Source: Octopus bimaculoides (lineage: Eukaryota). From it: a DNA stretch of 33,196 nucleotides. The stretch is from positions 6,814,770-6,847,965 of the forward strand of contig NC_069002.1 in the NCBI RefSeq assembly GCF_001194135.2, in the 5' to 3' direction. A program made the position numbers and the translations under genes. The notes beneath the pieces were generated by a model that had not been told where the DNA came from, did not search any database, and saw nothing but the letters and a program-made list of their open reading frames with translations. Below are positions 1-11,160 of this stretch, piece after piece (the first letter of the stretch is position 1; each line of letters opens with the position of its first letter).

Positions 1-230
1 TATATATATATATATTTATATATATATACTTTTAAAACTAGAAATGCAAAAATTTCAAAAAGGACCGGAAGTAAGAAGTCATATGGCTTACTGTTAATGG
101 TCGTAAAAATTTGATAAATCCACTCTTTTACCATTTAAATATCTTAACTTTTATGATCGCCTCCATTGCAATATAGAAGTGAATTTTTTGATTGAGTCGT
201 TTTACGTAATTATTTATATTCTTCCTATAT

Positions 231-231
<1 letters not shown>

Positions 232-270
<39 letters not shown>
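232..270. repeat. (CA)n microsatellite
   Basis: Directly visible CA array. Confidence 0.95.
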
Positions 271-271
<1 letters not shown>

Positions 272-2073
272 AACACATACGTATATACATAGAAACATTA
301 AATCGCATGAAGAAATTAGCACGATATTGTTTTTTTAAGGTTTAGATTTTTAATTCTTTTAATAGTTGGGAGGCGAATTGTGGTATTTGTGGTTGATGTT
401 GTTGCTTCACCTCTACTTTCCCTCCTCCTGCACCTCCTGCTCCACCCCCGCCTCCTCCTTGCGAGACTGATTTATGTTCAAAGGGCAACATTTAAATATA
501 TTCCCTCTTAATCTCCACTTCCACAACGACCTCCACCATTAATGTTTAGGGTAATTACCTAACCAATAATCTTAGAGGATTAAAACTTTTTGGTGTGGCT
601 CAGTGCAATTGGTGCCATTATAAAAATAATGGAGATTTTTTTTTGGCGTTGGTTTTCCTTTATATTTGCCAATTGAATAAACAGCGCTATAACAAATTTC
701 TTTGACGTATGATGTGTGTGTGTGTGTGTGTGNNNNNNNNNNNNNNNNNNNNNNNNNNNNNNNNNNNNNNNNNNNNNNNNNNNNNNNNNNNNNNNNNNNN
801 NNNNNNNNNNNNNNNNNNNNNNNNNNNNNNNNNNNNNNNNNNNNNNNNNNNNNNNNNNNNNNNNNNNNNNNNNNNNNNNNNNNNNNNNNNNNNNNNNNNN
901 NNNNNNNNNNNNNNNNNNNNNNNNNNNNNNNNNNNNNNNNNNNNNNNNNNNNNNNNNNNNNNNNNNNNNNNNNNNNNNNNNNNNNNNNNNNNNNNNNNNN
1001 NNNNNNNNNNNNNNNNNNNNNNNNNNNNNNNNNNNNNNNNNNNNNNNNNNNNNNNNNNNNNNNNNNNNNNNNNNNNNNNNNNNNNNNNNNNNNNNNNNNN
1101 NNNNNNNNNNNNNNNNNNNNNNNNNNNNNNNNNNNNNNNNNNNNNNNNNNNNNNNNNNNNNNNNNNNNNNNNNNNNNNNNNNNNNNNNNNNNNNNNNNNN
1201 NNNNNNNNNNNNNNNNNNNNNNNNNNNNNNNNNNNNNNNNNNNNNNNNNNNNNNNNNNNNNNNNNNNNNNNNNNNNNNNNNNNNNNNNNNNNNNNNNNNN
1301 NNNNNNNNNNNNNNNNNNNNNNNNNNNNNNNNNNNNNNNNNNNNNNNNNNNNNNNNNNNNNNNNNNNNNNNNNNNNNNNNNNNNNNNNNNNNNNNNNNNN
1401 NNNNNNNNNNNNNATATATATATATATATATATATACATGCATACATACATACATATATATATATATATACTTCACACTATAAGCAAATAACCAAAAAGA
1501 CAAATAGGCAACTAGTTAAATAGACAAATAGTCAAATAGCCAAATCATCAAATCCCACACGAGTCTAGAGGTACAAAAAGTCAATGTCGATTCAAGCAGG
1601 AATGATGTCCAATAACGGTAGCTTTTAATTTGTCTTTTCTATTTACGTTTCTTCCAAAATACAAAACCAATATTTTGTAAGAAGGAATATAATCGATCGG
1701 ATATTTCTCGGTATGGTATCGATAAGGTATTATTGATTAAATAATTGAAGACCAAAAGAGAAGGAAACATAATACACATGAACACATACGTAAGAAGTAT
1801 ACATAAAACATTGATATATATACATATATACATACATATATATATATATAGAGAGAGAGAGTGATAATATTGAAAATCCGGATATATCATTAGTATTTTT
1901 CCGAATGTGGAATATATAAGTGAAAAAGGGAAAAACAAAAAGAATAGAAAAAGCAAACATGTACGAAGCAAAATGTTTTACTATTTTCGTAGAGATTACA
2001 GCCGTTTCATAATTTACTCCCGGTGACATCATTAAATTTGGTGCACAGGGTTATATACAATGCACACATCTCC

Positions 2074-2138
<65 letters not shown>
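2074..2138. repeat. (TATC)n microsatellite
   Basis: Perfect TATC array followed by a TA/TG mosaic. Confidence 0.95.
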
Positions 2139-2139
<1 letters not shown>

Positions 2140-2577
2140 ATTTATATATATATAATACATGTATATATATATATATGTGTGTATACACACGCATATATGT
2201 ATGTGTGTGTGAGAGCGAAAGAGAAGTAGAGAAAGAGAAAGAGCCAAGGGAAACTACTAAAAGACACTTCTTCTATTAAACAGATTATTTAAAGAATATC
2301 GCGAAAAATCCGAAGAGCAGCAACAACAGAAACGACGACGACGATGACAGCAACAGTAACAACAGCTACAATAGCAACAACAAAAATAATAACAATGAGA
2401 AGTATCGAAAACGAATACAAAAAGAAAATAGATCTAAAATTTTGTTACTTATTAGATGTATTTTTGTTCTATTTTTCTTCATTTTCCCTCTCTTTTTTTT
2501 GTATTTTATTATTATTTCTTTTCCTATTCTCTCACACAAAAATTTCATTCTCTCCCTCTCTCTCTTTCTTTGTCTTT

Positions 2578-2610
<33 letters not shown>

Positions 2611-2707
2611 CGCACACATATTTTTTCTCTGCTTACTTCTCGGCTAAACGTCCATATGTAAGCTATTAATACGGGTGTGGTTGTCTGTCTGGCTGTCAGG
2701 CTGTCTA

Positions 2708-2788
2708 GTTGTTGTTGTTGTTGTTGTTATTGTTGTTGTTGTTGTTGCTTTTGTTGTTTTTCTCAATGGTGGTGGTGGTGGTGGTGGG
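2708..2788. repeat. (TTG)n-(GGT)n compound trinucleotide repeat
   Basis: Directly visible; explains the poly-Cys/poly-Trp ORF 2677-2943. Confidence 0.95.
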
Positions 2789-3213
2789 TCAATCCGTTGG
2801 CAGCTTGTTCAATCGATCGTTGTGAAATCCTAAGCACTGAAGACGGGGCGTGGCTGGTTGATCGGTCGGATGGCTGGGTCAGATTGATATCTTACTGTCT
2901 TCGCTTCTTGCTATACACACAAAACAAAAAACTAAAGAATTAATTAAGTAAACGTACAAATGAATGAATGAATGAATAAATAAATAAATGAATAAATGAA
3001 TAAATAAATAAATAGGTAAATAAATAAATGTATATAAAAACGAAAAGAATTCGTAACTGAGAAAATAAATATGCATTTATCCACACATACATATATATAC
3101 ATATATACACATATATCTGTGTGACTGATTATGTATATATGCGTGGATATGAGAGAGAGGGGTGGAGGGGAAAGAGAGAAAGAGAGGAGAGAGGGGGTAG
3201 GGAGGTAGGGAGG

Positions 3214-3244
<31 letters not shown>

Positions 3245-3339
3245 TGAGAGAGAGAAAGTCGAAGCATACGTGTGCGTGAATGCGTATAAAACGTATACAG
3301 AATTATAAATTAAAAATATCGATATATAAATAAGAATAT

Positions 3340-3343
3340 ATAC

Positions 3344-3382
<39 letters not shown>

Positions 3383-3517
3383 TGTGTGTGTGTATGTATG
3401 TATGTATGAATCTATGTATGCATACACATGTATGTACGTACTTATATATATATATATATATACATATATACATACACATGTTTGTATATATAAATGTATG
3501 TAGACATGCATACGTAT

Positions 3518-3566
<49 letters not shown>

Positions 3567-3695
3567 CAGTCATTATATATTTATATATATATTTATACAT
3601 AAATATATGCACACACATGCGTACACACACACACACACGTACACACACACGTACACATACATATATATTCATATATATATATATATATATATATA
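3340..3695. repeat. compound TG/TA/CA microsatellite field
   Basis: Alternating purine-pyrimidine arrays running into the gap at 3696. Confidence 0.95.
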
Positions 3696-4764
3696 NNNNN
3701 NNNNNNNNNNNNNNNNNNNNNNNNNNNNNNNNNNNNNNNNNNNNNNNNNNNNNNNNNNNNNNNNNNNNNNNNNNNNNNNNNNNNNNNNNNNNNNNNNNNN
3801 NNNNNNNNNNNNNNNNNNNNNNNNNNNNNNNNNNNNNNNNNNNNNNNNNNNNNNNNNNNNNNNNNNNNNNNNNNNNNNNNNNNNNNNNNNNNNNNNNNNN
3901 NNNNNNNNNNNNNNNNNNNNNNNNNNNNNNNNNNNNNNNNNNNNNNNNNNNNNNNNNNNNNNNNNNNNNNNNNNNNNNNNNNNNNNNNNNNNNNNNNNNN
4001 NNNNNNNNNNNNNNNNNNNNNNNNNNNNNNNNNNNNNNNNNNNNNNNNNNNNNNNNNNNNNNNNNNNNNNNNNNNNNNNNNNNNNNNNNNNNNNNNNNNN
4101 NNNNNNNNNNNNNNNNNNNNNNNNNNNNNNNNNNNNNNNNNNNNNNNNNNNNNNNNNNNNNNNNNNNNNNNNNNNNNNNNNNNNNNNNNNNNNNNNNNNN
4201 NNNNNNNNNNNNNNNNNNNNNNNNNNNNNNNNNNNNNNNNNNNNNNNNNNNNNNNNNNNNNNNNNNNNNNNNNNNNNNNNNNNNNNNNNNNNNNNNNNNN
4301 NNNNNNNNNNNNNNNNNNNCCATATATATATATATATATATATATATCGGAGTAAATGGCGCTAAGCAGTGTTTACGAATAATCACTATTTTCGTTTGTT
4401 GTTAGAAACATTGTCTCGTCATTTCAAAATATATAACTTCCATATTTTAAAACAAGATAAAAGGTATATATCGGTCTGCAGCTACGATGGGACGGTGTTT
4501 AGTCGAAGAAATCGGCTCCAATACGTATTTTCAACTCTTACACTTAATCTATTGGTCTTTGAACCGTTAAGGTATGTGGACGTAAACAAACCAGCATTCG
4601 TTTTCAAGCAGCTAGGAAAGTCAAGCAAAAAGACACATAAACGCACAGGTACAACTCTCTTTCCATCTATATATACTCACACATATGTATGTATATATGG
4701 ATGTATGTATGTATGTATGTGTATGTATGTATGTGTGTACGTAAGTATTTATGTATGTAAGGGT

Positions 4765-5062
4765 AAAGACACCCTTCGGTTATGAATTACCATGAGATTT
4801 GCACCTAGAAAGTTCCCCTCCGAGGCACAAGTCCAGACAAGGTTGTTTATGGAAGACCAGCAGTCAACCATGCATGCCAGCCTTCCTTCTCCTCGCCACT
4901 GATGTTATCCAAGGGAAAGGCAAAGGGGCCGATACAGCTTGGCACCAGTCACGTCACAGCCCATTTCTACAGCTGAGTGAACTGGAGCAACGTGTCTTGC
5001 TCAAGAACACAACACGCAGCCCAATCCAGGAATCGAACTCACGTCTTCAAGACTGTGAGCCC
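4765..5062 (-). mobile_element. tRNA-derived SINE, CORE-like centre (variant b), tail type 4; 5' end lost in gap
   Basis: Minus strand reads B-box GAGTTCGATTCC, then GTTGTGTTCTTGAGCAAGACAC...TTCACTCAGCTGTAGAAATGGG. The same centre occurs in the 31140-31446 copy with a different tail. Confidence 0.75.
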
Positions 5063-5413
5063 NNNNNNNNNNNNNNNNNNNNNNNNNNNNNNNNNNNNNN
5101 NNNNNNNNNNNNNNNNNNNNNNNNNNNNNNNNNNNNNNNNNNNNNNNNNNNNNNNNNNNNNNNNNNNNNNNNNNNNNNNNNNNNNNNNNNNNNNNNNNNN
5201 NNNNNNNNNNNNNNNNNNNNNNNNNNNNNNNNNNNNNNNNNNNNNNNNNNNNNNNNNNNNNNNNNNNNNNNNNNNNNNNNNNNNNNNNNNNNNNNNNNNN
5301 NNNNNNNNNNNNNNNNNNNNNNNNNNNNNNNNNNNNNNNNNNNNNNNNNNNNNNNNNNNNNNNNNNNNNNNNNNNNNNNNNNNNNNNNNNNNNNNNNNNN
5401 NNNNNNNNNNNNN

Positions 5414-5457
<44 letters not shown>

Positions 5458-6042
5458 AAATATGTATGTACATATACACACACACACGCACACACATAGA
5501 TACATATATGTATATATACATATACGTGTATATATATATATATGTACTTATATAAATATGTCTGTGTATATATATATATATGTGTGTGTGTGTGTATCTG
5601 TGTATGCGCGTGTGTTTCTGTGTATGTGTGTGTGCGTGTGCGCGCGCGCGTTTCTCTGTGTGTGCGCGTGTATAACGTAGTAAGGGGAAAGAGAACGAGG
5701 TAGCCAAAAGGGAGTGATAGGAACTTGAGAAGTAGCTATTTCGATCAGTATAAATCGATTCAATAATTGATTCCTGTTTGAACACCATGTGTGATTGATT
5801 TTTAATTAAGCGCCATCTGTTCTGATATTTTGTTCCTGGAGCCTAGCGTTTAGTTGTGTTGTTACTGTTGTTGTTGTATTTGATGCTGCTGCTGCTGCTA
5901 CTGCTGCTACTGTTGTCGTTTCTGTCATTTTCCAGAAACATGTCAACTCTGGCATTAGGTATTCCACCCATGACCATCCTGTATTCTAAGGTGGCGCGGC
6001 GGGACAAAGGATTAAATGTGCCCCATTTGATTAAGGGTAATT

Positions 6043-6229
6043 GTTTCTAATTTTGGCACAAGGCCAGCAATTTTTGAGAGAAAACGAATTAGTTGAATAC
6101 ATCCACTCCCAGTGCTCAATGGGTACTTATTTTATCGATCCGGAATTTGAACTCAGAACGTAATGACAGACGAAATATCGCTAAGCGTTTCGCCGGGCGT
6201 GCTAACGTTTCTGCCAGCTCACCGTCTTA
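6043..6229 (-). mobile_element. tRNA-head/Meta-like SINE with internal deletion, tail type 2
   Basis: Head GGTGAGCTGGCAGAAACGTTAGCAC...GAGTTCAAATTCC joined directly to GGATCGATAAAATAAGTAC; about 30 bp of the central domain seen in other copies is missing. Confidence 0.85.
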
Positions 6230-6237
6230 GATGCTGG

Positions 6238-6420
6238 AATAAGTATCGCGAGACATTTTGTCCGACGATCTAATAATTCCGCCATTCAACCACTCCTCGA
6301 ATGGTGGCATTTTATTTTTATTGGCCCCGAACAGATTTTGGCAGGAATTGAACTCGGAACGTAAAGAACCAGAATAAATAGAGCAATTTATTTTGGCCTC
6401 TACTCTTGCAGCTCAACCAA
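6238..6420 (-). mobile_element. two heavily decayed SINE head fragments
   Basis: GACATTTTGTCCGACGATCTAATAATTCCGCC and GGCAGGAATTGAACTCGGAACGTAAAG resemble the reverse complement of the family head. Confidence 0.45.
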
Positions 6421-6449
6421 TTTACTGGTTCTTTATTTTAAAGAATTGA

Positions 6450-7142
6450 ATATTGCAAAAGGGAAATATTACACTTGCAGAAGAAAAACTGTAGACCACA
6501 ATAAATGAAACCGATGACCAGTCAAAAAAAGGTCAAGTGTCGAAGATAAAGGCGATTAAGAAAAGAATAGTCCAAGAACTTAAGAGTTCAGAGGCAAAAA
6601 CATCTTATTTCTTTATTGCCCAAAAGGGGTTAAACATAGAGGGGACAAACAAGGACAGACAAAGGGATTAAGTCGATTGCGTCGATCCCAGTGCATAACT
6701 GGTACTTAATTTATCGACCCCGAAAGGATGAAAGGCAAAGTCGGCCTCGCCGGAATTTGAACCCAGAACGTAACGGCAGACGAAATACCGCTGAGCATTT
6801 CGCCCGGTGTGCTAACGTTTCTGCCAGCTCGCCGCCTATATCGCAAAAACATCTGAGGTGCCAGCGTTCTGAAGGTGGATCCTGCGTAAAGAGATTGGCA
6901 GCGAAGAGTCTAACAACGAAGAGTACAGACTTCAAATTTCTACCAACGAAGAGTCTGACGACAAACAGCTGAGACAAGACGAGTCCTGAAGCAAAGAATC
7001 AGAAGATGAAGAGAGTCCAGAGAGGAAGCGTTTATCGAGTGAGTTGTTGATAACAGTAAAGCGTCACGCTAGATATCTCATAATTGCGACAGTTTTCTAT
7101 ATTACTGACGATGTCGAAAAAATAAATAAAATGGCGGAATAG
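6450..7142 (+). pseudogene. decayed charged/acidic reading frame interrupted by the SINE at 6606-6842; origin unidentified, probably a TE
   Basis: Removing the SINE and one TSD restores one frame: ILQKGNITLAEEKL*TTINETDDQSKKGQVSKIKAIKKRIVQELKSSEAKTSEVPAF*RWILRKEIGSEESNNEEYRLQISTNEESDDKQLRQDES*SKESEDEESPERKRLSSELL...MAE*. Confidence 0.4.
6606..6842 (-). mobile_element. full-length tRNA-head/Meta-like SINE monomer, tail type 1, 12-bp TSD
   Basis: A-box-like AGCTGGCAGAAACG and B-box-like GGGTTCAAATTCC. Central GGCCGACTTTGCCTTTCATCCTTTCGGGGTCGATAAATTAAGTACCAG resembles the Meta/MESC domain as recalled from Sauria-type SINEs. GCAAAAACATCT occurs at 6594-6605 and 6843-6854. Confidence 0.92.
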
Positions 7143-7166
7143 CTAAGAGGGGCGGTCGGTACATAG

Positions 7167-7241
7167 CTGATCGACTTGCTTCAAATAGAAGCTAAATTTC
7201 TCTCATACCACAGATGCCTTTGCTTACCGTCTTAAGCAAAG
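7167..7241 (+). repeat. dispersed repeat with a CTTGCT(A)GAAATA(A/G)CAG motif, copy 1
   Basis: Aligns by eye to 12558-12630 (+) and 18110-18180 (-). Confidence 0.45.
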
Positions 7242-7254
7242 AACATTTTGGATA

Positions 7255-7470
7255 CTGTAGGTCGATAAAATAAATACCAGTTAAGCGGTGGGGGATCGAG
7301 ATAGTCTTTAAGTTCTAGGTTCAAATTCTGCCATGGTCGACTGCGTCACTTGTCTTTTCAGGGTCGATAACATGAATACTGTTTAAGTAGTGGTGGTGGT
7401 AGTGGTGGGAGGAATCGAGATAATCGACTACTCCACCCTTCTCCCAAAATTCATGCCTTGTGCCTGTCGT
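7255..7470 (+). mobile_element. decayed Meta-like SINE fragments, tail type 2
   Basis: GGTCGATAAAATAAATACCAG; GGTTCAAATTCTGCCATGGTCGAC...GGGTCGATAA...CTCCCAAAATTCATGCCTTGTGCC. Confidence 0.65.
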
Positions 7471-7620
7471 ACAAAAAATTATTAGTCACACATATCATAG
7501 ACCCGAGTAATTAACAATTATTTATAAGTGTTCGTTGAGCACCTTCGGTAAATTAATATTTCACGTCGATTCGACGAGTTGAAATGCACTCGATCTAGTT
7601 CATTTGACTTTTATTACTGC

Positions 7621-7621
7621 A

Positions 7622-7700
<79 letters not shown>
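7621..7700. repeat. long (CA)n microsatellite
   Basis: Nearly perfect CA array. Confidence 0.97.
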
Positions 7701-7704
<4 letters not shown>

Positions 7705-7951
7705 GTGCGAGCATGCACACACTCGAACATGCATGCGCGTGCATACGCACGCAAACAGCGAATGAGACTATGTTTATATATACGCGTGTGTGTGTGTATG
7801 TGTGTGTGTATCTGCATGTTTATATGTATGTAAGTATGTATGAATGTATGTATGTACGTATGCTCTTTTCCACAGGTAAACAACAAGCTGGTTTCACTAA
7901 CAAGGCACTAAGTACTCCATGGCAGCAACAGCAGAACAATTCGCCGCCTCC

Positions 7952-8020
7952 GACACCGCCGACGCCACCGCCGACGCCACCGCCGACGCCACCGCCGACG
8001 CCACTGCCGACGCCACCACC
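7952..8020. repeat. 12-bp GC-rich minisatellite (GACGCCACCGCC) x5
   Basis: Units start at 7961, 7973, 7985, 7997 and 8009, with a degenerate unit at 7952. Confidence 0.9.
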
Positions 8021-8455
8021 ACCCATTTACTTTCTTTCTTTCTNNNNNNNNNNGCCACTGCCGACGCCACCACCACCCATTTACTTTCTTTCTTTCTATT
8101 TATTTATTTTTTTTTTAATTTATTTATTACTTTTTTATTTTTTTAGCAGAGATTTGGTTCGGGTCAGTTTTCAACAGCAGAAATTAGCTCGAAAGTTTAA
8201 ACAAATCCTGGAAAAAAAAATTCCAACGAGGAATTGGTCCGCTAAAATGATTGGTTGTAACAGATTGCATCATCGTAGAATCCGGCTTCAGCCAGGTTGG
8301 CGCCAACCAGGTTGCTTCTTCTTTAATGTAAGGTGATTCTATCTATTATCTGTCTGTTTATTTATCGATTTGCATTAATATAAGTGTGTGTGTGTGTATG
8401 TATGTGTTACTATCCTGGTTTATGCGAGCGTGTTTGTACGTTAGTAAAGATGTAC

Positions 8456-8456
<1 letters not shown>

Positions 8457-8540
<84 letters not shown>

Positions 8541-8576
8541 GCTAGCTAGCTAGCTAGCTAGCTAGCTAGTTAGCTA
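8457..8576. repeat. compound (TCTA)n-(GCTA)n microsatellite
   Basis: In-register switch at 8541. Confidence 0.95.
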
Positions 8577-8837
8577 TATGTATATATACACACAAAGATG
8601 TGTATGGTATATGAGTATGTATGTATGTATGTATGTATATAGGTATATATATATATGTATATATGTATATATATATANNNNNNNNNNNNNNNNNNNNNNN
8701 NNNNNNNNNNNNNNNNNNNNNNNNNNNNNNNNNNNNNNNNNNNNNNNNNNNNNNNNNNNNNNNNNNNNNNNNNNNNNNNNNNNNNNNNNNNNNNNNNNNN
8801 NNNNNNNNNNNNNNNNNNNNNNNNNNNNNNNNNNNNN

Positions 8838-8868
<31 letters not shown>

Positions 8869-9445
8869 CATACATCCACACATCCACAGATATATAATAC
8901 ATACACAGTAGGACTTACGCATATACGCATACACTAAGATATGCGGACGTATGTTTGTGAGTGCGCGTGCCTGTGAGAGCATGCATGTGTAGTGCGCATG
9001 TGTGCATGAATGGCATTGATAGATTGATACATAGAGGGATGAACCCACCAATATAGGTAAGGGGTACATTATCACCATGCTTATTTTTTGCTGGGTGGGT
9101 CGGTGGGTGGGTAGATTGTCTCTCATTCTACTCCTAGAAAATAGATATGCGTGTGTTTATGAGCAGGTGCGTGTTGATTCTTGAACGCACACACATATAT
9201 CTCTGTGTGCGTGTTTGCGCACCCTAACAAATGTATACATACATACATAGAATCATACATACATACATACATACACACACGCATACATACATGCGTACAT
9301 ATATACATACATGCGTACAGACATACATGCATACACACATGCATACATACATGCATGCATACATACCTACATACATACAGGCATACATATAAACTTACCT
9401 GCGTACTTATGTACATCGATATGTAGTTATGTACGACTGTCTGAG

Positions 9446-9597
9446 CTGCCTCGACTAGAATCGCACTCCTCACAAACGCTATGTCTTACAATCTCCGATA
9501 ACCTTTGACGACTACGTCACAAAGGTTGGGCTTCCTTCGCAGAAGCAGAAAATTCCTCAGCCCTGAACATCTGCTAATTCTATACAAAACACAAATA
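9446..9597 (+). mobile_element. CR1/L2/Jockey-group LINE ORF2 fragment (post-RT region)
   Basis: LPRLESHSSQTLCLTISDNL, then after a frameshift/deletion TTSQRLGFLRRSRKFLSPEHLLILYKTQI. Matches the LG(V/L)T...L(SW)...LGFLRR...L..LYK..(I/V)R pattern of CR1-group ORF2. Confidence 0.7.
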
Positions 9598-9676
9598 AAC
9601 ATACATCTATAGATAGGTAAGCTGGTGGGTGGGTGGGTGGCTGAGTGGGTAGATGGGTAAATAGGGTGTGTATATG

Positions 9677-9723
<47 letters not shown>

Positions 9724-9816
9724 GGATGGATGGATGGATGGATGCATGCATGCGTGCATGGATCGATCGATCGATCGATGGATAGATGGATAGATAGATG
9801 GATAGATAGATAAATA

Positions 9817-9830
<14 letters not shown>
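9677..9830. repeat. compound tetranucleotide array GATA-GATG-CATG-GATC-GATA
   Basis: Directly visible, with the 4-bp register maintained. Confidence 0.95.
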
Positions 9831-9851
<21 letters not shown>

Positions 9852-10120
9852 GAATAAGGGCAGGGAAATCGTCAATTAGTAATAGAATTAATAATTAACA
9901 ATTTTGCCAAGTAGTTCAGTATGAAAAAACCTTTATCGGTAAAATCATTTATCATCATAAATATACAGGGATTAGCATTGAGTTGCTTCTCCAACATACT
10001 GAAAATTTAGAAATAGCAGTCAAAGAACTACTGATTCTAAACTACAAATTTTTCTCTAAATGGATGGCGATATTTATGGCACACATAGAACAATATATAC
10101 AGAGAGAGAGAGGGAGGGGG

Positions 10121-10167
<47 letters not shown>

Positions 10168-10463
10168 AGAGAGAGAGAGAGAGAGAGAGAAGGGAGCGTA
10201 TCTTACCATTTCTAAAACGACTGCTTGAGATAATACATTCGCAGATACACGGTGCTGAAGCACTGGATGGTCCTGGGCAGCGCGCTGTTCGTTATAGACC
10301 CTCTCCAATGAGAGCCGTCCTGGAAGTAATCATCTACGTGGCTACCAATCTGCAAGATCAACTATTTTCAGAATTTTAAAATGTCACTTCACTCAAAATG
10401 GCCGAACAGGTATTTTTTTTTTCTTGTAATATTTCCATTTTTTATTTTGACAATTAACGTGCA

Positions 10464-10921
10464 TTACTCTTTTCCTCTTTTACTTCTTTCAGTTACGTGA
10501 CTGCAGCCATGCTGGAGCACTGCCTTAAAGGGTTTTTAATCGAATGAATGAATCGAGCCCAGGATTTATTTCTTGTAAGCCTTTTACTTATTCTCTCGGT
10601 CTCTTTGCCGAACCGCTAAGCAACGGGGACGTAAACACACCAGCATCACTTGTCAAACGATGGTAGGGCGACAAACACAGACACACACACACATAAATAC
10701 ACACACACACACACACACACACATAAATACACACACACATACACACATATATGTACGACGGGCGTCTTTCAGTTTCCATCTACCAGATCCACTCACAAGG
10801 CTTTGGTCGGTCCGAGGCTTTAGTAGAAGATACTTGCCCAAGGTACCACGCAGGCAATAAGACTGAACCCGGAACCATGAGGTTGGGAAGCAAGCTACTT
10901 ACCACACAGCCACTCCTACGC
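10464..10921 (-). mobile_element. full-length composite CORE-like SINE (tRNA head, CORE-a, internal microsatellite, 3' module, GTAAAAGA-type tail)
   Basis: Minus strand: GTAGGAGTGGCTGTGTGG (A-box), GGTTCAGTC (B-box), ACCTTGGGCAAGTATCTTCTAC (CORE-like), (TG)n, TTTACGTCCCCG...GCAGTGCTCCAGCATGGCTGCAGTC. Homologous to 32727-33109. Confidence 0.9.
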
Positions 10922-10972
10922 TATAAGTTTACAACATTCCTCCGTAAGCGAGACGCCGGTCCGTCACAGAAG

Positions 10973-11109
10973 AAATTCTGCCGAGGTCGACTTTGCCTTT
11001 CATCCTTTCGGGGTCGATAACCTAAGTACCAGTTACGTACTGGGGTCGTTCTAATCAGCTGGCTCCCTCCCCCAAAATTTCGGGCTTTGTGCTTAGAGTG
11101 GAAAAGAAT
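10973..11109 (+). mobile_element. 5'-truncated Meta-like SINE, tail type 2
   Basis: AAATTCTGCCGAGGTCGACTTTGCCTTTCATCCTTTCGGGGTCGATAA...CCCCCAAAATTTCGGGCTTTGTGCTTAGAGTGGAAAAGAAT. Confidence 0.88.
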
Positions 11110-11160
11110 AATTTCTGATGTAATACATACATTTTTTGAAAATCTTTTTAGTCTAACCAT

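Noticed and set aside
1985-2030. Third hammerhead-like trace on the minus strand (TTAATGAT...GAAACGGCTGTA)
   Set aside because: G5 is mutated and neither stem I nor stem II can be formed.
8000-8097. Exact 44-bp direct repeat around a 10-N gap
   Set aside because: 8000-8043 equals 8054-8097 with a minimal placeholder gap between them: overlapping contig ends, an assembly artefact.
7713-8336. 207-aa Pro-rich ORF
   Set aside because: Stitched from a microsatellite, the 12-bp minisatellite, the artefactual duplication and a T-rich tract.
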